DNA of 64,000 bases, taken from positions 41,478,001 through 41,542,000 of the forward strand of contig OZ024748.1 in assembly GCA_964016885.1 (NCBI GenBank), in the 5' to 3' direction. This DNA is from Eledone cirrhosa. Lineage: Eukaryota. The position numbers and the translations under genes were made by a program. The notes beneath the pieces were generated by a model, which was given only the letters and a program-made list of their open reading frames with translations, did not search any database and was not told the DNA's origin. Positions 26,815 through 40,968 of the stretch are shown piece by piece. How positions within the stretch are numbered: position 1 is the first letter of the stretch; the number at the start of each line of letters is the position of its first letter.

Positions 26815-28505
26815 CACACACACACACTCACACATATGACACCACATATGACACAATACATACACACACACATATAATGACACACATACATACACACTCA
26901 TATATATTGACACACACATATACACATATACATATATTGACACACCTACACACACACACATATATTGACACACATACACACACGCATATATTGACACACA
27001 CATATACATACACACACATATATACATATATTGACATACACACACACATACACACATACATACACACACACATATATTGACAGACACATATATACACATA
27101 TACATATATTGACACACCTACACACACACACATATATTGACACACATACACACACGCATATATTGACACACACAAACATACATACACACACATATACATA
27201 CACACACATATATACATATATTGACATACACACACACATACACACATACATACACACACACATATATTGACAGACACATATATACACATACAACACGACT
27301 AGAGTTATCACCACCACAACACCACCAACACCACCCCCACTACTCCACCACAACACCACCACCACCACACCACCACCACCGCCACCACCGAACCACCACC
27401 ACCACAACACCACCACCACACCACCACAACACCACCACCACACCACCACCACCACCACCACAACACCACCGCCACAACACCACCACCACACCACCACCAC
27501 CACACCACGCCCCACCATCACCACCACACCACCACCGCCACCACACCGCACCCCCACCACCACCACACCCCCACCACCACACCCCCACCACCACCACACC
27601 ACCACCACCACTGCCACACCACCACACCACCACCACCACCACCACCACCACCACCACCACCACTACCACACCACCACCACCACACCACCACCACCACCAC
27701 CACCACCACACCAACACCACCACCACCACACCACCACCACCACCACCACCACCACCACCACCACCACACCACCACCACCAACACCACCACCACCACCACC
27801 ACACCACCACCACCACATCACCACCACCACACCACCACCACCACCACCACACCACACCACCACCACACCAACAGCACCACCACACCACACCAGCACCACC
27901 ACCACAACACCACACCACCACCACCACACCAACACCATCACACCACACCAACACCACCACACCAACACCACCACCACCACACCACCACCACCACCACCAC
28001 CACACCACCACCACCACCACACCACCACCACACCACCACCACCACTATCACACCACCACACCACCACCACACCACCACCACCACCACACCACCACCACCA
28101 CCACCACCACCACCACACCACACCACCACCACACCAACAGCACCACCACACCACACCACCACCACCACCACACCACCACACCACCACCACCACACCAACA
28201 CCACCACACCACCACCACCACCACCACACCACCACCACCACCACACCACCACCACCACACCACCACCACACCACCACCACCAAAACCACCACCACCACCA
28301 CACCACACCACCACCACCACCACCACACCACCACCACACCACACCACCACCACCACACCACACCAACACCACCACACCAACCCCACCACCACCACCACCA
28401 CACCACCACCACCACTACCACCACACCACCACCACTACCACACCAACACACCATCACCACCACCACCACACCACACCACCACCACCACACCACCACCACC
28501 ACCAG
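26815..28505 (+). repeat. (CA/TA)-TATTGA tract followed by (CAC/ACC)n tract
   Basis: Direct inspection. Confidence 0.93.
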
Positions 28506-28794
28506 CTATCACCATTCTAAATTAGTCTCCCCATTAATGTTATAACTGTGAACTATATCAAACACCCATCTGATATCATGTGTTACCAATACAAGCCATG
28601 CTCCAATGTTCTGCTTACGAAACTCTCCCTTAGGGAGACATCATTTCTCTATTTTACCACAAATGGGCTGCAAAATAATTTCCCGTTTATCCCATTTAGT
28701 TTGCTTCTTTCATTTTTACAAATTTTTTTTTTATTTGGTGCATTTTTGTGTATGTATGTATGTGTGTATATATATATATATATATATGTATATG

Positions 28795-28870
<76 letters not shown>

Positions 28871-28922
28871 TATATTTATATATATACATATATACATATA
28901 TATATATATAAATATATAGATA

Positions 28923-28978
<56 letters not shown>

Positions 28979-29109
28979 TGATTATATATATGTGTATATA
29001 TATATGTGTGTGTGTATGAATGAATATATATATGCTTGTATGTGTATATATATATATATTCATTCATACATACATATATTTTTACATATACAACATTATC
29101 TATATATAT

Positions 29110-29182
<73 letters not shown>

Positions 29183-29185
29183 TAC

Positions 29186-29272
<87 letters not shown>

Positions 29273-30247
29273 TCTCATAGTTAATCGGTGTTTCCAGATT
29301 ATTCGATGAAATTTGGTTCCAATCGATATCCCCCCCCCAGTCTCCACTAAAATCTCCCCCTCCTCATAACACTGTTATGTGACCAACACCTCCTCCTTCA
29401 CCTCTCTTACAACACCCCCCCCCCCTCATTGATCCTTACACCTTTTTAGGTCCTGTGTTTTATTTACTGTTGCTGTTGGTATCGTTATTTTTGTTGGTGT
29501 TGTTATTGTTGTTTGTGTTTTATTTATTGTTGCTGTTGTTGGTATTGTTGTTGTTTCTGTTGTTGTTGTTGTTATTGTTGTTGTTTCTGTTGTTATTGTT
29601 GTTGTTATTGTTGTTATTATTATTATTATTATTGTTGTTGCTATAATTGTTGTTGCTGTTATTGTTGTTGTTGTCGTTATTGCTGTTGTTGTTGTTGTTG
29701 TTGTTATTGCTGTTGTTGTTGTTGTTATTGCTGTTGTTGTTATTGCTGTTGTTGTTGTTGTTGGTTTCTCTGTTTCAATTTAGTGGAACATTAAAACATC
29801 AGAGAAACATTACCCTGTATTATTGTAGCAGCATAACGTGGTACTATAAAGATACGACTATATTAGTATACATACACATACATACACATATATATACATA
29901 TACATACATACACATATATATACATATACATACATACACATATATATACATACATATATATACATACACATATATATACATATACATACATACACATATA
30001 CATACATACACATATATATACATACATATATATACCTATATACATATATATACATACATATATATACATACACATATATATACATATACATACATACATA
30101 TATATAAATATACATACACATATATATATACATATACATACATAAACATATATATACATATACATACATACACATATATATACATATACATACATACATA
30201 TATATATACATATACATACATACACATATATATACATACATATATAC

Positions 30248-30278
<31 letters not shown>

Positions 30279-30383
30279 CATACACATATATATACATACA
30301 CATATATATACATATACATACATACATATATATAAATATACATACATATATATACATACACATATATATACATACATATATAC

Positions 30384-30414
<31 letters not shown>

Positions 30415-30527
30415 CATACACATATATATACATACACATATATATACATATACATACATACATATATATAAATATACATACATATATATACATACACATA
30501 TATATACATACATATAATTATACATAC

Positions 30528-30568
<41 letters not shown>

Positions 30569-30768
30569 TACATACATATATACATACATATATACATACA
30601 TATATATATACATATATATACATACATATATACATACACACATATATATATACATATAAATATTCATACATATATATACATACAATTATATATATACATA
30701 CATACAATTATATATATACATACTTACACATATATACATATACATACATATATATATATATACATATA

Positions 30769-30854
<86 letters not shown>

Positions 30855-30989
30855 CACATATATATATACATACATACATATATATATACAGACTTGAGTA
30901 TATTGTTATACAGGTATATAAATGATTCAATTTGATGGGTAATTGGGATGTGACGTTTTGGACCCATATGTGTCTGCTTGTATATATAT

Positions 30990-31022
<33 letters not shown>

Positions 31023-31024
31023 CA

Positions 31025-31487
31025 TGTAAAGTTATATTTAAAATTGTTGGGTTACAACTAGTAAATATTTATAACTGATATAAAAGCACTCGACAAATAT
31101 TTGGAGTATATTTACAATATTAAATAAATGGAAAACTATATTTATAAAACCATATTTATTTCATTATATATATTTCGGGGATATCATATTAACAATATGT
31201 TATGCCTTCATCAGACAAAATACAATATAAACAGTTTTATAGATAAATATATTCGACATACCGTAATAAACATCATCTTCATTTGAAGAGGTTTACTCTA
31301 GCAGAGTAAACCTCTTCAAATGAAGATGATGTTTATTACGGTATGTCGAATATATTTATCTATAAAACTGTTTATATTGTATTTTGTCTGATGAAGGCAT
31401 AACATATTGTTAATATGATATCGCCGAAATATATATAATGAAATAAATATGGTTTTATAAATATAGTTTTCCATTTATTTAATATTG
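31025..31487. mobile_element. Family B fold-back HHR element, copy 2
   Basis: Palindrome centred near 31300 (GTTTACTCT-agc-AGAGTAAAC); HHRs at 31157-31222 (-) and 31380-31445 (+). Confidence 0.88.
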
Positions 31488-31866
31488 TATATATATATAT
31501 ATATATATATACTCCCTCTCCATCACTTCCTCCCGTTTGACCTGTGCGAAATCCTTTTCTCGCTCACATTTCAACCAAGTTGGATGGTCTTTATCTCTCG
31601 TCTACGATTTCACAGAACTTATGTTCATCGATTTCAGGGACTTGACTCCTTCCTCACTTTTCGTTGCATTACCATCTTTGTTTGTTTACTGTCTCGCTCG
31701 TTCCCCCTATTTACGTGTCCCAACGACTTTCTTTAGCCGTTGCTCGCACCAACCAGACGTATATGATCTTTAAAGCGATGAAATACCAATGAAGGCTGGA
31801 AGAGCACTGATGAAGGACTAATTTTATTCCTATGTAACCCATTTGCAACCACGCAGCACGCCACTT

Positions 31867-31920
<54 letters not shown>

Positions 31921-31953
31921 CTATTTAGAAGACTGGTTTAACCGCTTTACTTC

Positions 31954-31988
31954 CCTCCGAAGAAGAGATATTATCTCGAAAATTAAGG
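31954..31988 (+). ncRNA. Putative minimal hammerhead (U4C core)
   Basis: CCT-CCGAAGA-aGAGATattATCTC-GAAA-AT-TA-AGG; only 3 bp of stem I; lies in a short island between (TA)n tracts. Confidence 0.5.
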
Positions 31989-32147
31989 ACATTTAAATAA
32001 ATCTAAGGTAAAAGACTAATTGTCAACAATATCTTTTGCATTTGCATTCTTTATTCTATGTCCATACCTGCATTTTTGTGGCTTTATTATACATATACAA
32101 ACGTTTATACTCATTACACAATGCTTCAAGTGAACTATAACCTCCTC

Positions 32148-32189
<42 letters not shown>

Positions 32190-32199
<10 letters not shown>

Positions 32200-32562
32200 G
32201 AATAGCTTTCACCGTATTTTTGACTAAAGAAATTTTAGCCTGATAATGGGGTTTAGAACCCGCAGATAAATGGAAAAAGATGAGTATTGACTTACTTGTC
32301 ATTTATACTCGCTAAGAATGTAGCTTCTAATTTGAATGGAAGAAGATGGGTGATGTGTTGGTGTAATGGTAGCACAGTGGTCTGGATAACCAAAGATGTG
32401 GGTTCGAGTCCCATGTACGTCAATACTCATCTTTTTCCATTTATCTGAGGGTTCTAAACCCCATTATCAGGCTAAAATTTCTTTAGTCAAAGATACAGTG
32501 AAAGCTATTCTATTTTCTAATTTCAAACCTGCTCACTGTTTCAAAACATATTTACTTGTCAT
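32190..32562 (+). mobile_element. Fold-back element containing a tRNA-like cloverleaf
   Basis: 32190-32291 is the reverse complement of 32419-32520; TTACTTGTCAT direct repeat at 32292 and 32552; second copy at 43018-43315. Confidence 0.8.
32352..32422 (+). tRNA. tRNA-like cloverleaf (element-borne, probably not a decoding tRNA)
   Basis: Acceptor GATGTGT/GTACGTC (three G-U); D arm GTGT-aatggta-GCAC; anticodon arm TGGT-ctggata-ACCA; T arm GTGGG-ttcgagt-CCCAT; A and B boxes intact. Confidence 0.7.
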
Positions 32563-32604
32563 ATATATATATATATTATATATTTATATATATATATACA
32601 GATA

Positions 32605-34990
32605 AATCTACCACTCAATGGTAGGGTGTAAACCGTATAAAGAACTCAATGTAATCTGTATGTAGAAGATGTCGTGAAGCAAAGTTTAAAATACAAAAAT
32701 GTTTATCAACGATATAATTCAATTGGATACAGAGTCAAAATAGAAATATTAAAACAATGAAATTAAACACAAAACTGTTAATTCATAGTAAAACACATTA
32801 TTTTACGATCGTTTCTGGGGGGTAGTTCCCTGTATGTTCATTCAATTATTGATCTATGTAAAACATATTACAAAATATCATAGTAAGAAAAAGATACATA
32901 CGTCTTCACTACCCACAGTCTTCAGAAATAATGAGTTTTGTTTATTGAAGAATACAAAAAAACATACATATGAATAAGTAAGGTTTTATAACCAGGTTGA
33001 AATTGACCAATGTTAAGAATGGAAAGGGGCAGTATAAATCCTTAAGATTGGTGGTAGTAGATGAATAAATAGGCCATCAGTGGATAAGGTATCAAATGAC
33101 TTTTAAGAAAAGAAATGAAAGTTGTTAGTGTAGACGAATTTAGGCATATTGTATATAAAAGTGTTGATGGTCAAAGAAGATTACAGTGTACCACACCACA
33201 CACAAAATAACTATGGTAATACTACAACGCATAACCAGAATATTACTGCATACCCACCTGATAGATCCGTTCACTCACCTCACCAGCACAATATAGCAGA
33301 CTCCAACCAACTACCATCTTCCTCATCCTTAATAGGGACTAAGATTTACATACCCAATCTAACTAATAGCGTCCAAAACAACCATGATTCCATAAACGCT
33401 ATATCAAGTAAAATTTCACCTACTAGCAACAATTTGGATTATAACCACCCTACCGTATACCCTTCTCTCCCAAATAAAAAGGTTAACACAAATACTAGCA
33501 CTATTATTGAGAATATGGATAGCACATCCGAAACCCTATATGCAAACGGTTGTAATTGTAGAATAAAAGATAATTGCCCCTTAAATGGAAATTGCTTAAT
33601 TAATAATATAGTATATAAATGTGTAATCACCACTAAAGACTCTAATCAATCCTATATAGGATCTACTTCTAATCCATTTAAATCGAGATTTTATGCACAC
33701 ACCCAGTTTCGGAAACACAAAATTAGCAAATACCACTTCCTTAGCAGAAGCAGTTAATAATTGTAAAAAGAAGAATATTAATATAACCTAACTTGGAAGA
33801 TACTTAAGAGAGCAATTTCTTATCAGGTCAATAGAAGGGAGTGCGGACTATGTTCCCAAGAAATTTTTGAAATTACTAAATTGAAGAACACTCTATTAAA
33901 TAAAAGACAAGAATTAATTTTAGTATGTAACCATAAAGTTAGAAGGACATTCAAATATTATAAATACAATTAAACAAATATAAAAAAGATATAGGTGAAT
34001 AAATGTGTGAATATAGGTGTGTGTGTGAATATGTATACCTGTGTGTGTATATGTATGTATATGCATAAATGTATGCCTATATGTAAACATGTGTGAGTGT
34101 ACATGTGTATATATATTTTTTTATATTATATATTTTTAGAACAAATTATTCCTCACAACAAAGAAATAACTAACTTTTTAAGATTGTTCTATTCCATTCT
34201 ACTTGATGTAACACACTAATCTCAGTACCCCTTTTCCTCCAACTGTAATCTTCTTTGACCATCAACACTTTTATATACAATATGCCTAAATTCATCTACA
34301 CTAACAACTTTCATTTCTTTTCTTAAAAGACATTTGATACCACACCACACACAAAATAACTATGGTAATACTACAACGCATGTGTGTGGTATAGATGGAG
34401 CTTTTTTTACATTTATAGATGTTATATGCACTTATTTTTTGTTGTATATTGCTCGATGTGGAGTAAGAAAATTTTACTGTATTTCTGTTTAAGATTTGAT
34501 GGTATTTGTGGTTAGGTGGGAAATGCTTATCGAGAATTGTAACAAATCTTTTAGGGATTTGGCCCATAGTTTGCAAGTTGAATGGAGCGTTATACCATGT
34601 TACATTTCTTTTATGGTTTCTAAAAGGTTTCCTCTTGTTATATTGGGTATGTATAGAAGTTTGAGGGTAGATATTGTTATCAGATGAGATTATAACATTG
34701 TGATTGTTATTATGGGTGTGAACTAATTGTTTAGTAGATTTTTGAATTGTATTAGTTTTTGATTTATTGCTTTTTGTTTGATTTGTAGAGAATATTGTGA
34801 GTTTTATTTATGGAGCAATATTGATAGGACCTGGAATTTCGGTATCATTCTTGTTATATACGGTAGTTCGGATATGTTTCTCTAGTTTTTTGGATTGCAA
34901 GGGTGTAGTTTGGTTATGTTGAAGGTTCGATGAGATAGGTGATATATCATTAGGTTTATTGTGAGAATTAAGACTGTAACTGTAGATCAA
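32605..34990. mobile_element. Rearranged Penelope-like element (Nematis-like)
   Basis: Minus-strand terminal region with HHR; plus-strand CNCRIKDNCPLNGNC..IVYKC..YIGST GIY-YIG (33550-33970, frameshifted); minus-strand linker 34380-34990. Confidence 0.85.
32796..32933 (-). ncRNA. Hammerhead with long stem II, family C
   Basis: CATTATTT-CTGAAGA-[~100 nt, GGGTAGT/ACTACCC]-GAAA-CGATCG-TA-AAATAATG. Confidence 0.82.
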
Positions 34991-35687
34991 ATAGAACTTG
35001 CCCTTTAGGTAATAACTGCTTAATCAAAGACATCATTTACTCCTGCACGGTCAACACTAACAACTCTTCTAAAACCTATATAGGCTCTACTTCGAACTGC
35101 TTCAAGACGAGATACAACTCGCACCTCCACTCTTTCAAAAAACACAATCTAGCCAACTCCACTTCACTATCTAGCTACATACACCATCTGAAAACTAGGA
35201 ATAGAACATATGCACTTCAATGGGAAGTAGTAGGTAGGGCTGCATCGTATAAACCACCGAATAAATTGTGTAACCTCTGTCTCCTAGAGACCCATACTAT
35301 AATCTTTTCGAATCTTAACCTCCTAAATAAAAAATCGGAAGTGTTTGCATCGTGCCAGCACCGCTTATGACCCTCATTCCATAGCTTTAAACCTAGTATA
35401 TAACAATGTCAGATTTGAATTCATCACCACCATTAGCACTTCACCTCTAAGACTTGCCTTCCCCCGCAGCATCACACTCTTTGATCCACTCTTTCCTCTA
35501 CTCAAATCATTTTTATCTCTAACATTATACTCTAGAAATATTCTTATAGTCACCACCTTTTAATATAATTACTTTAGATTACTTATAATTATACAGTGAT
35601 TGAAATATAATATAATATATATAAACTTTAAATGTTAAATGTAACAATGAATTATATATACATTTATAATTAAATGTAGAAACTAAT

Positions 35688-35868
35688 AACTGTTTCTACT
35701 TTAGGCACAAGGCCAGCAATTACCCAGTACATTACTGGTACTTTATTTTATCGACCCCGTAAGGGTGAAAGGCAAAGTTAACCTCGGCGGGATTTGAACT
35801 CAGACGGTAAAGGGACGTAACTATGCTAGAAAGCATGGCGTCCAACCCTCTACCGATACTGCCAATTC
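35688..35868 (-). mobile_element. tRNA-SINE inserted in the PLE UTR
   Basis: Near full-length homolog of 7648-7820. Confidence 0.87.
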
Positions 35869-36762
35869 ACATTAATAACATTGTATATATAGGATTAATT
35901 TATTTATTTACATAAGGGATTTATCTAATTTAACATGCAAACAGCTATATGTTATTCCATACCTTGCCAAATATTGAGTAGACAACATTCTAATGAAACC
36001 TTTAATATATTATGAGAGAGTAGACTGTATTTAAAATTAAATATAAATATATAATATTTTGTATAAGGGATTCAATTGTGACAATATATAATGTCCATTG
36101 GAACAAATAAAGTATTCAGCTAGTTACCTCCCCTTAAACATTAGCTCCCTTTAATTCCGTATCCACTTCCGGATATTAAACCGTTGAAAGATCTCGATGT
36201 TGAATAACTATAATCCAAGAATTTGAATACAATATGACCTAGTTACGATCCATTACTATAACCAACATTCAATACAAACATTAACTAAAACATAACTTAA
36301 CATATGTAATGGATGAGAAATCAGTAACTCTCATATTCTACACACATACAAATTTGAACTATACAAAAAATATTGACCTATATCCTCCATAACACGCTTA
36401 AGAGCTTTTATGTAATACCTTGCCATACAGTACTCATATATGCATAATATATTTGCTTGTTTGCTTCCCAGATATATGACTAACGCATGTACAATCTCTA
36501 CACGATTGAATACTCCTTTCACATTGCTTCTTTAATTATTACACTATTCTCTTGTATTATCTGTCGCATGTATTCCAATCTGTGCTTTTAATTTTAACTT
36601 TAACTTTAACTTGAATTTGAATTATTGTACAATTCTCGTATAATATATGTCGCATCCATTACACCCTATATATACTAAACTGTTGTTCACAACATCAATA
36701 TATATGTATCTATATGATTCTTCAGTTAAATAGGAGGTTAATTATATGTACAACATTGATAA

Positions 36763-36809
36763 TGCTCCGATGACTCCAAACTAAAATTTGGAAGAAACAA
36801 TTGTCAGCG
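36763..36809 (+). ncRNA. Hammerhead, family D (U4C core)
   Basis: TGCT-CCGATGA-cTCCAAActaaaaTTTGGAa-GAAA-CAATTG-TC-AGCG. Confidence 0.78.
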
Positions 36810-36843
36810 ATTAAATGATTTAAACATAACTTTGATACTTATG

Positions 36844-36942
<99 letters not shown>

Positions 36943-37524
36943 TAGGTAGGTGTATATATATATACACCTACCTACTTCAATCCAGCAACAAAAGACCAAG
37001 ACCTCCACCGCCCTCCTCAACCCTCAGCCCCCAACCCCACAGGCACTGACAACACATAAGACGCGTCAACACGTGTGACTGGTGAACCATGACTGGTGAA
37101 CCGTGACTGCTCCCACGTATAGTACATCACATGAGGTGGCTTAACTACGGAAGTGGAGGTATTTCATCGACAGCAAATTCGTGCGAGAACCGTGCACAAT
37201 AGTTGCAGCAATAATCCCAATGTCGATATGGTACCAAGAACTCAGAGTCTTGGCCTGCATTGCTCGGGGACATAAAACGACAGATGATAAGACAGCAACA
37301 AAGATATCAGTACATTCTGGATTACACTGACAAACTCTTCTAGAATACGAAGATTAATATTTAAGTCTCAGTGACTTTTAACTGATGACAAGTCCAAGCA
37401 AGATAACCAGTAATTACGTAAACCGCAGTTTCTTATTTCTGAGTGTTTCTCTCTTAGAAGAATACCATAACAACAGTTCGGGTTTATTCACTCCAACTTG
37501 CTCATGCTCTGACTTCAGCCTGGT

Positions 37525-38025
37525 GAGAGTTTGGGACTGATGTTGAGGTAGTCAGTCCAAATTAGAGGAAGTTGTGCCCAGAGAAAATATAGGGACTTAT
37601 GTTAAGAGAGTCAGTCTACGTTGGAGGATGCTGTGCTCTGAGAAATGTTGGGGTTCATTTTAAGGTAGTCAGTCCAAATTAGAGGATCCTATGTTCTGAG
37701 AAAGTTTAGGGTTGAGTTTGAGGTGGGCAGTCTACGCTTGAGGATGCTGGGCCCAGATAAGGTTTAGAGTGGGCGTTAAGGTAGTCTGTCGAAATTAGAG
37801 GATGTTGTGTCCTGAGAAAGTTTAGGGTTGGAGTTGGTGTTAAGTTAGTCAATTCACGTTGGGGGATGCTATGCCCTGAGAAATTTTAGGGACTGATCTA
37901 AAGGTAGTCAGTCCACGCTGGAGGGGGCTGTGCCTAGAGAAAGTTTAGGGTGAGTGTTTAGTTAGTCTGTCCAAAATAGAGGATGCTATACCTAGAGAAA
38001 GTTTAGGGTTGATATTGAGGTAGAC
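37525..38025 (+). repeat. Diverged ~58-59-bp tandem repeat, ~9 units
   Basis: Consensus GAGAAAGTTTAGGG....GAGGTAGTCAGTC(CAAATTA/TACGTTG)GAGGATGCTGTGCCC. Confidence 0.85.
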
Positions 38026-38427
38026 CAAGTTCTATTTGTATATCTTTTACTGTGATTACAACGAAACCTTTACAGTTAGTTACAGAGTTACTCACCATGT
38101 TTGTCCTTTACAGATAACAGATCTACTTTGCTAGTTATTGACAAATCTGTGAATCTCTGTTAGACTGAGATGGATAACATTGATAACATGACAGCAACAC
38201 AAATATAGATTTATTTACCCGGATAACAGATACAAATGGTTAAATGGTATTGTCTATGAACGTGTGTCAACATGTATGTGTGTGTGTATGTGTACGTATG
38301 TGTGACGCGACTAGAGTGTGCATGCATACAGTCACATGCCTACACACACACATACACTAATATTCATATATATATATACATACACAGAGTAAACAAACAA
38401 CAAAGCAAACGACACACTACAATGAAG

Positions 38428-38479
<52 letters not shown>

Positions 38480-38632
38480 AGGGGGTGTAACTTGGAGTTA
38501 CTGCAGGTTCACCCGGGAGAGCACTCGATGTTTAGGTTCACTTCTGTGATGAGGTGTAGAGCTATACAGAGTGTAATGTATTGAAAGGATAACAAGGACG
38601 ATTGATTACTCCTTCATTACATTCATTGGTAG

Positions 38633-38715
38633 GTGACGCGCGTTTCGCCACTGATCAGCTCAAGGTTCGATCTGTATCGATCCTACCCGACTCAATAATC
38701 GGCGGCTCGACGGAC
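38633..38715 (-). ncRNA. Degenerate hammerhead, family J
   Basis: GT-CCGTCGA-GCCGC...GTGGC-GAAA-CGCGCG-TC-AC; A6 mutated; homologous to 50311-50393. Confidence 0.6.
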
Positions 38716-40421
38716 TCTTTAAGGGGATGTACTGGCCTGTAGTGTATGTGGGGGTGGATGTGATGGTGAGATGTTGGTGACGGTCGCTGGCTGGGATGGG
38801 CTGTGGTGTGGTGGTGGCGCGTTAGCCTTGGCCTGTAGTGTATGTGGGGGTGGATGTGATGATGAGATGGTGGTGACGGTCGCTTACTGGGATGGGCTGT
38901 GGTGTAAGGTTAGTGGGTTGTCGGTAGACGGGTTGGCGTGTGTGGGGTGTGGTTGTGGTGTTGTTGTTTATGGTAGTGGCGTTTGTGGTGGTGTGGTGGA
39001 TGTGTTGATGGTGTCGAGTCCTTGGGGTGATACATACCTAGACACTCTTAATCTGACAAATACGTTGTATATATTTATATACATATATGTATACATGCGC
39101 ATACATACTGATATATATACACACGTACAGGCCCACATACACACACACACACCCGCGCCCACACATATCGACACACACATATATATCCACATGCATATAT
39201 ACACACATGTATGTGCATGCGTGCGTGTGGAAATATATAGAGAGAGTGGGGGAGTATCGGTGGAGGTGGCGTAGGACAAAGATGGAGGGAAGGTGAGAGC
39301 CAATGGAGATGGTGTTATACATATAGACATACACATACATACTCACATACACATATGCGCACATACACGTACACACTCGTATACATAAACATACACACAC
39401 ACACACACACACACACACGTATACACACACATGCACATACACACACACACATACACATACATGTATACACACACACACACACACACACATACACATACAT
39501 ATATATATATACATATACATATATGTGCATAGACGCACGCATATGTATACACACGTATATATAAAAAAAATACTTACACACAGACACACACACTTGCGTT
39601 GGTTCGAGAGAGGAGGTATGTGTTGGCGGTGTTGATGAAGTATGGAGTTGTCTTGTGGTGGTGGTGGTGGTGGAGTTGTGGTGGTGGTGGTGGTGGAGTT
39701 GTGAGCGACAAAAATATACAGGATCGAATAGTGCGATGGGTTACAGGTTAAAAGGTGACATAGGGGACGGGGGAGAAGAGTTTATGGACGTATGGTGATG
39801 TGTGTTGTGGTCATGGCGGTGGTGGTGGTACTGGGGTGATAAGTTCGACAAAATGATTACATGATCAGAAGTTACGGTGGGTTACAGGGTAAGGCAGACG
39901 AGGGGCGGATATAACACAGTCGATCTGGGAGTGAGGGATGATATGTATTGATGATGTTAATGATGTTAATGATTGTTGAAGTATGTGGATGTATCTAGTG
40001 GTGGCGGTGGCTGTGTGTGCGACAGTACATTTACAGGGTCGAATTTAGCATGGGGTTGTAGGTTAGGGTAGACAGAGGGAACATGGGGGGATAGGGTTGC
40101 GGGTGTGGATGGTAGACATATGACGATGTGTGCTGTGGTGGTGGTGGCGATGGTGTGATATGGTCGACATTGTATTTACAGGATCAGATGTTACTATGGT
40201 TTGCAAGGTAAAACCTGACAGAGAGGACATATAGAACACAATGTTGCAAGGATGAGGGGTGTATGGTGATGTGATTTTTGGTTGGGGTGATGTATGCGGC
40301 ATGATATACAAAATACGGGCTTACAAATGGTTACATGCAATACAATAAAATAAATTGACTGAGATGGGCAGAGGTGGTTATTATTATGCTGGGTCATGGT
40401 TAGTGCGCGGCCCTCCTCCGA

Positions 40422-40968
40422 AAGTATTAAAAGATATTAAAAAATCTAAAAAAATATTTAAAAATATAAAAATGTTAAAAGTACTGGAAAAAATTCCTGA
40501 AAAAAATATTTTGGAAAAGATTTTTTAAAAATTTTATAAGATACTCAAAACATTTTAATATTTTTTATTTCTTAAATCTTTATTCTTTACTGCATAATAT
40601 TTTTTACATCTTTATTCTTTACTGCTTAAATCTTTCATTTTTACTTTTACTTCCAAAATATCTCATTTATTTAAAAATTACTGGTTTCTTTAATAATTAC
40701 TTATTTCTTAAAAATTTATTTTGTTTAAAGAGTTTTTTAATTTTTTTAAATATTTAAAAATAATTTTTAAATAATTTTTAAATAATTTTAAACATTTTAA
40801 ATAGTTTAAGTATTTTTTCGTTTTTTTTTTTAAGGGTTTTTTGAGTATCTTATAAAATTTTTTTTTTAATTTTTCCCCAAAATTTTTTTCAGAAATTTTT
40901 TCCAGTACTTTTAATATTTTTATATTATTTAATATTTTTTAATATTTTTTAATATCTTTTAATACTTC
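40422..40968. repeat. AT-rich imperfect inverted repeat, ~130-bp arms
   Basis: AAGTATTAAAAGATATT..AAAAGTACTGGAAAAAATT..ATAAGATACTCAAAA mirrored at ~40839-40968. Confidence 0.8.

Larger units (their letters stand above)
35000..36845 (+). mobile_element. Penelope-like element 3' part (GIY-YIG, 3' UTR, HHR)
   Basis: 35000-35400 is homologous to ORF 55590-56105; UTR resembles 56100-57650; ends in HHR then (TA)n. Confidence 0.85.

Noticed and set aside
32238-32272. CTGATAA-hairpin-GATA in the tRNA-bearing element
   Set aside because: The core deviates at several invariant positions and differs in the second copy; not called an HHR.
37700-38010. Interstitial telomere
   Set aside because: TTAGGG occurs singly per unit, never in tandem.
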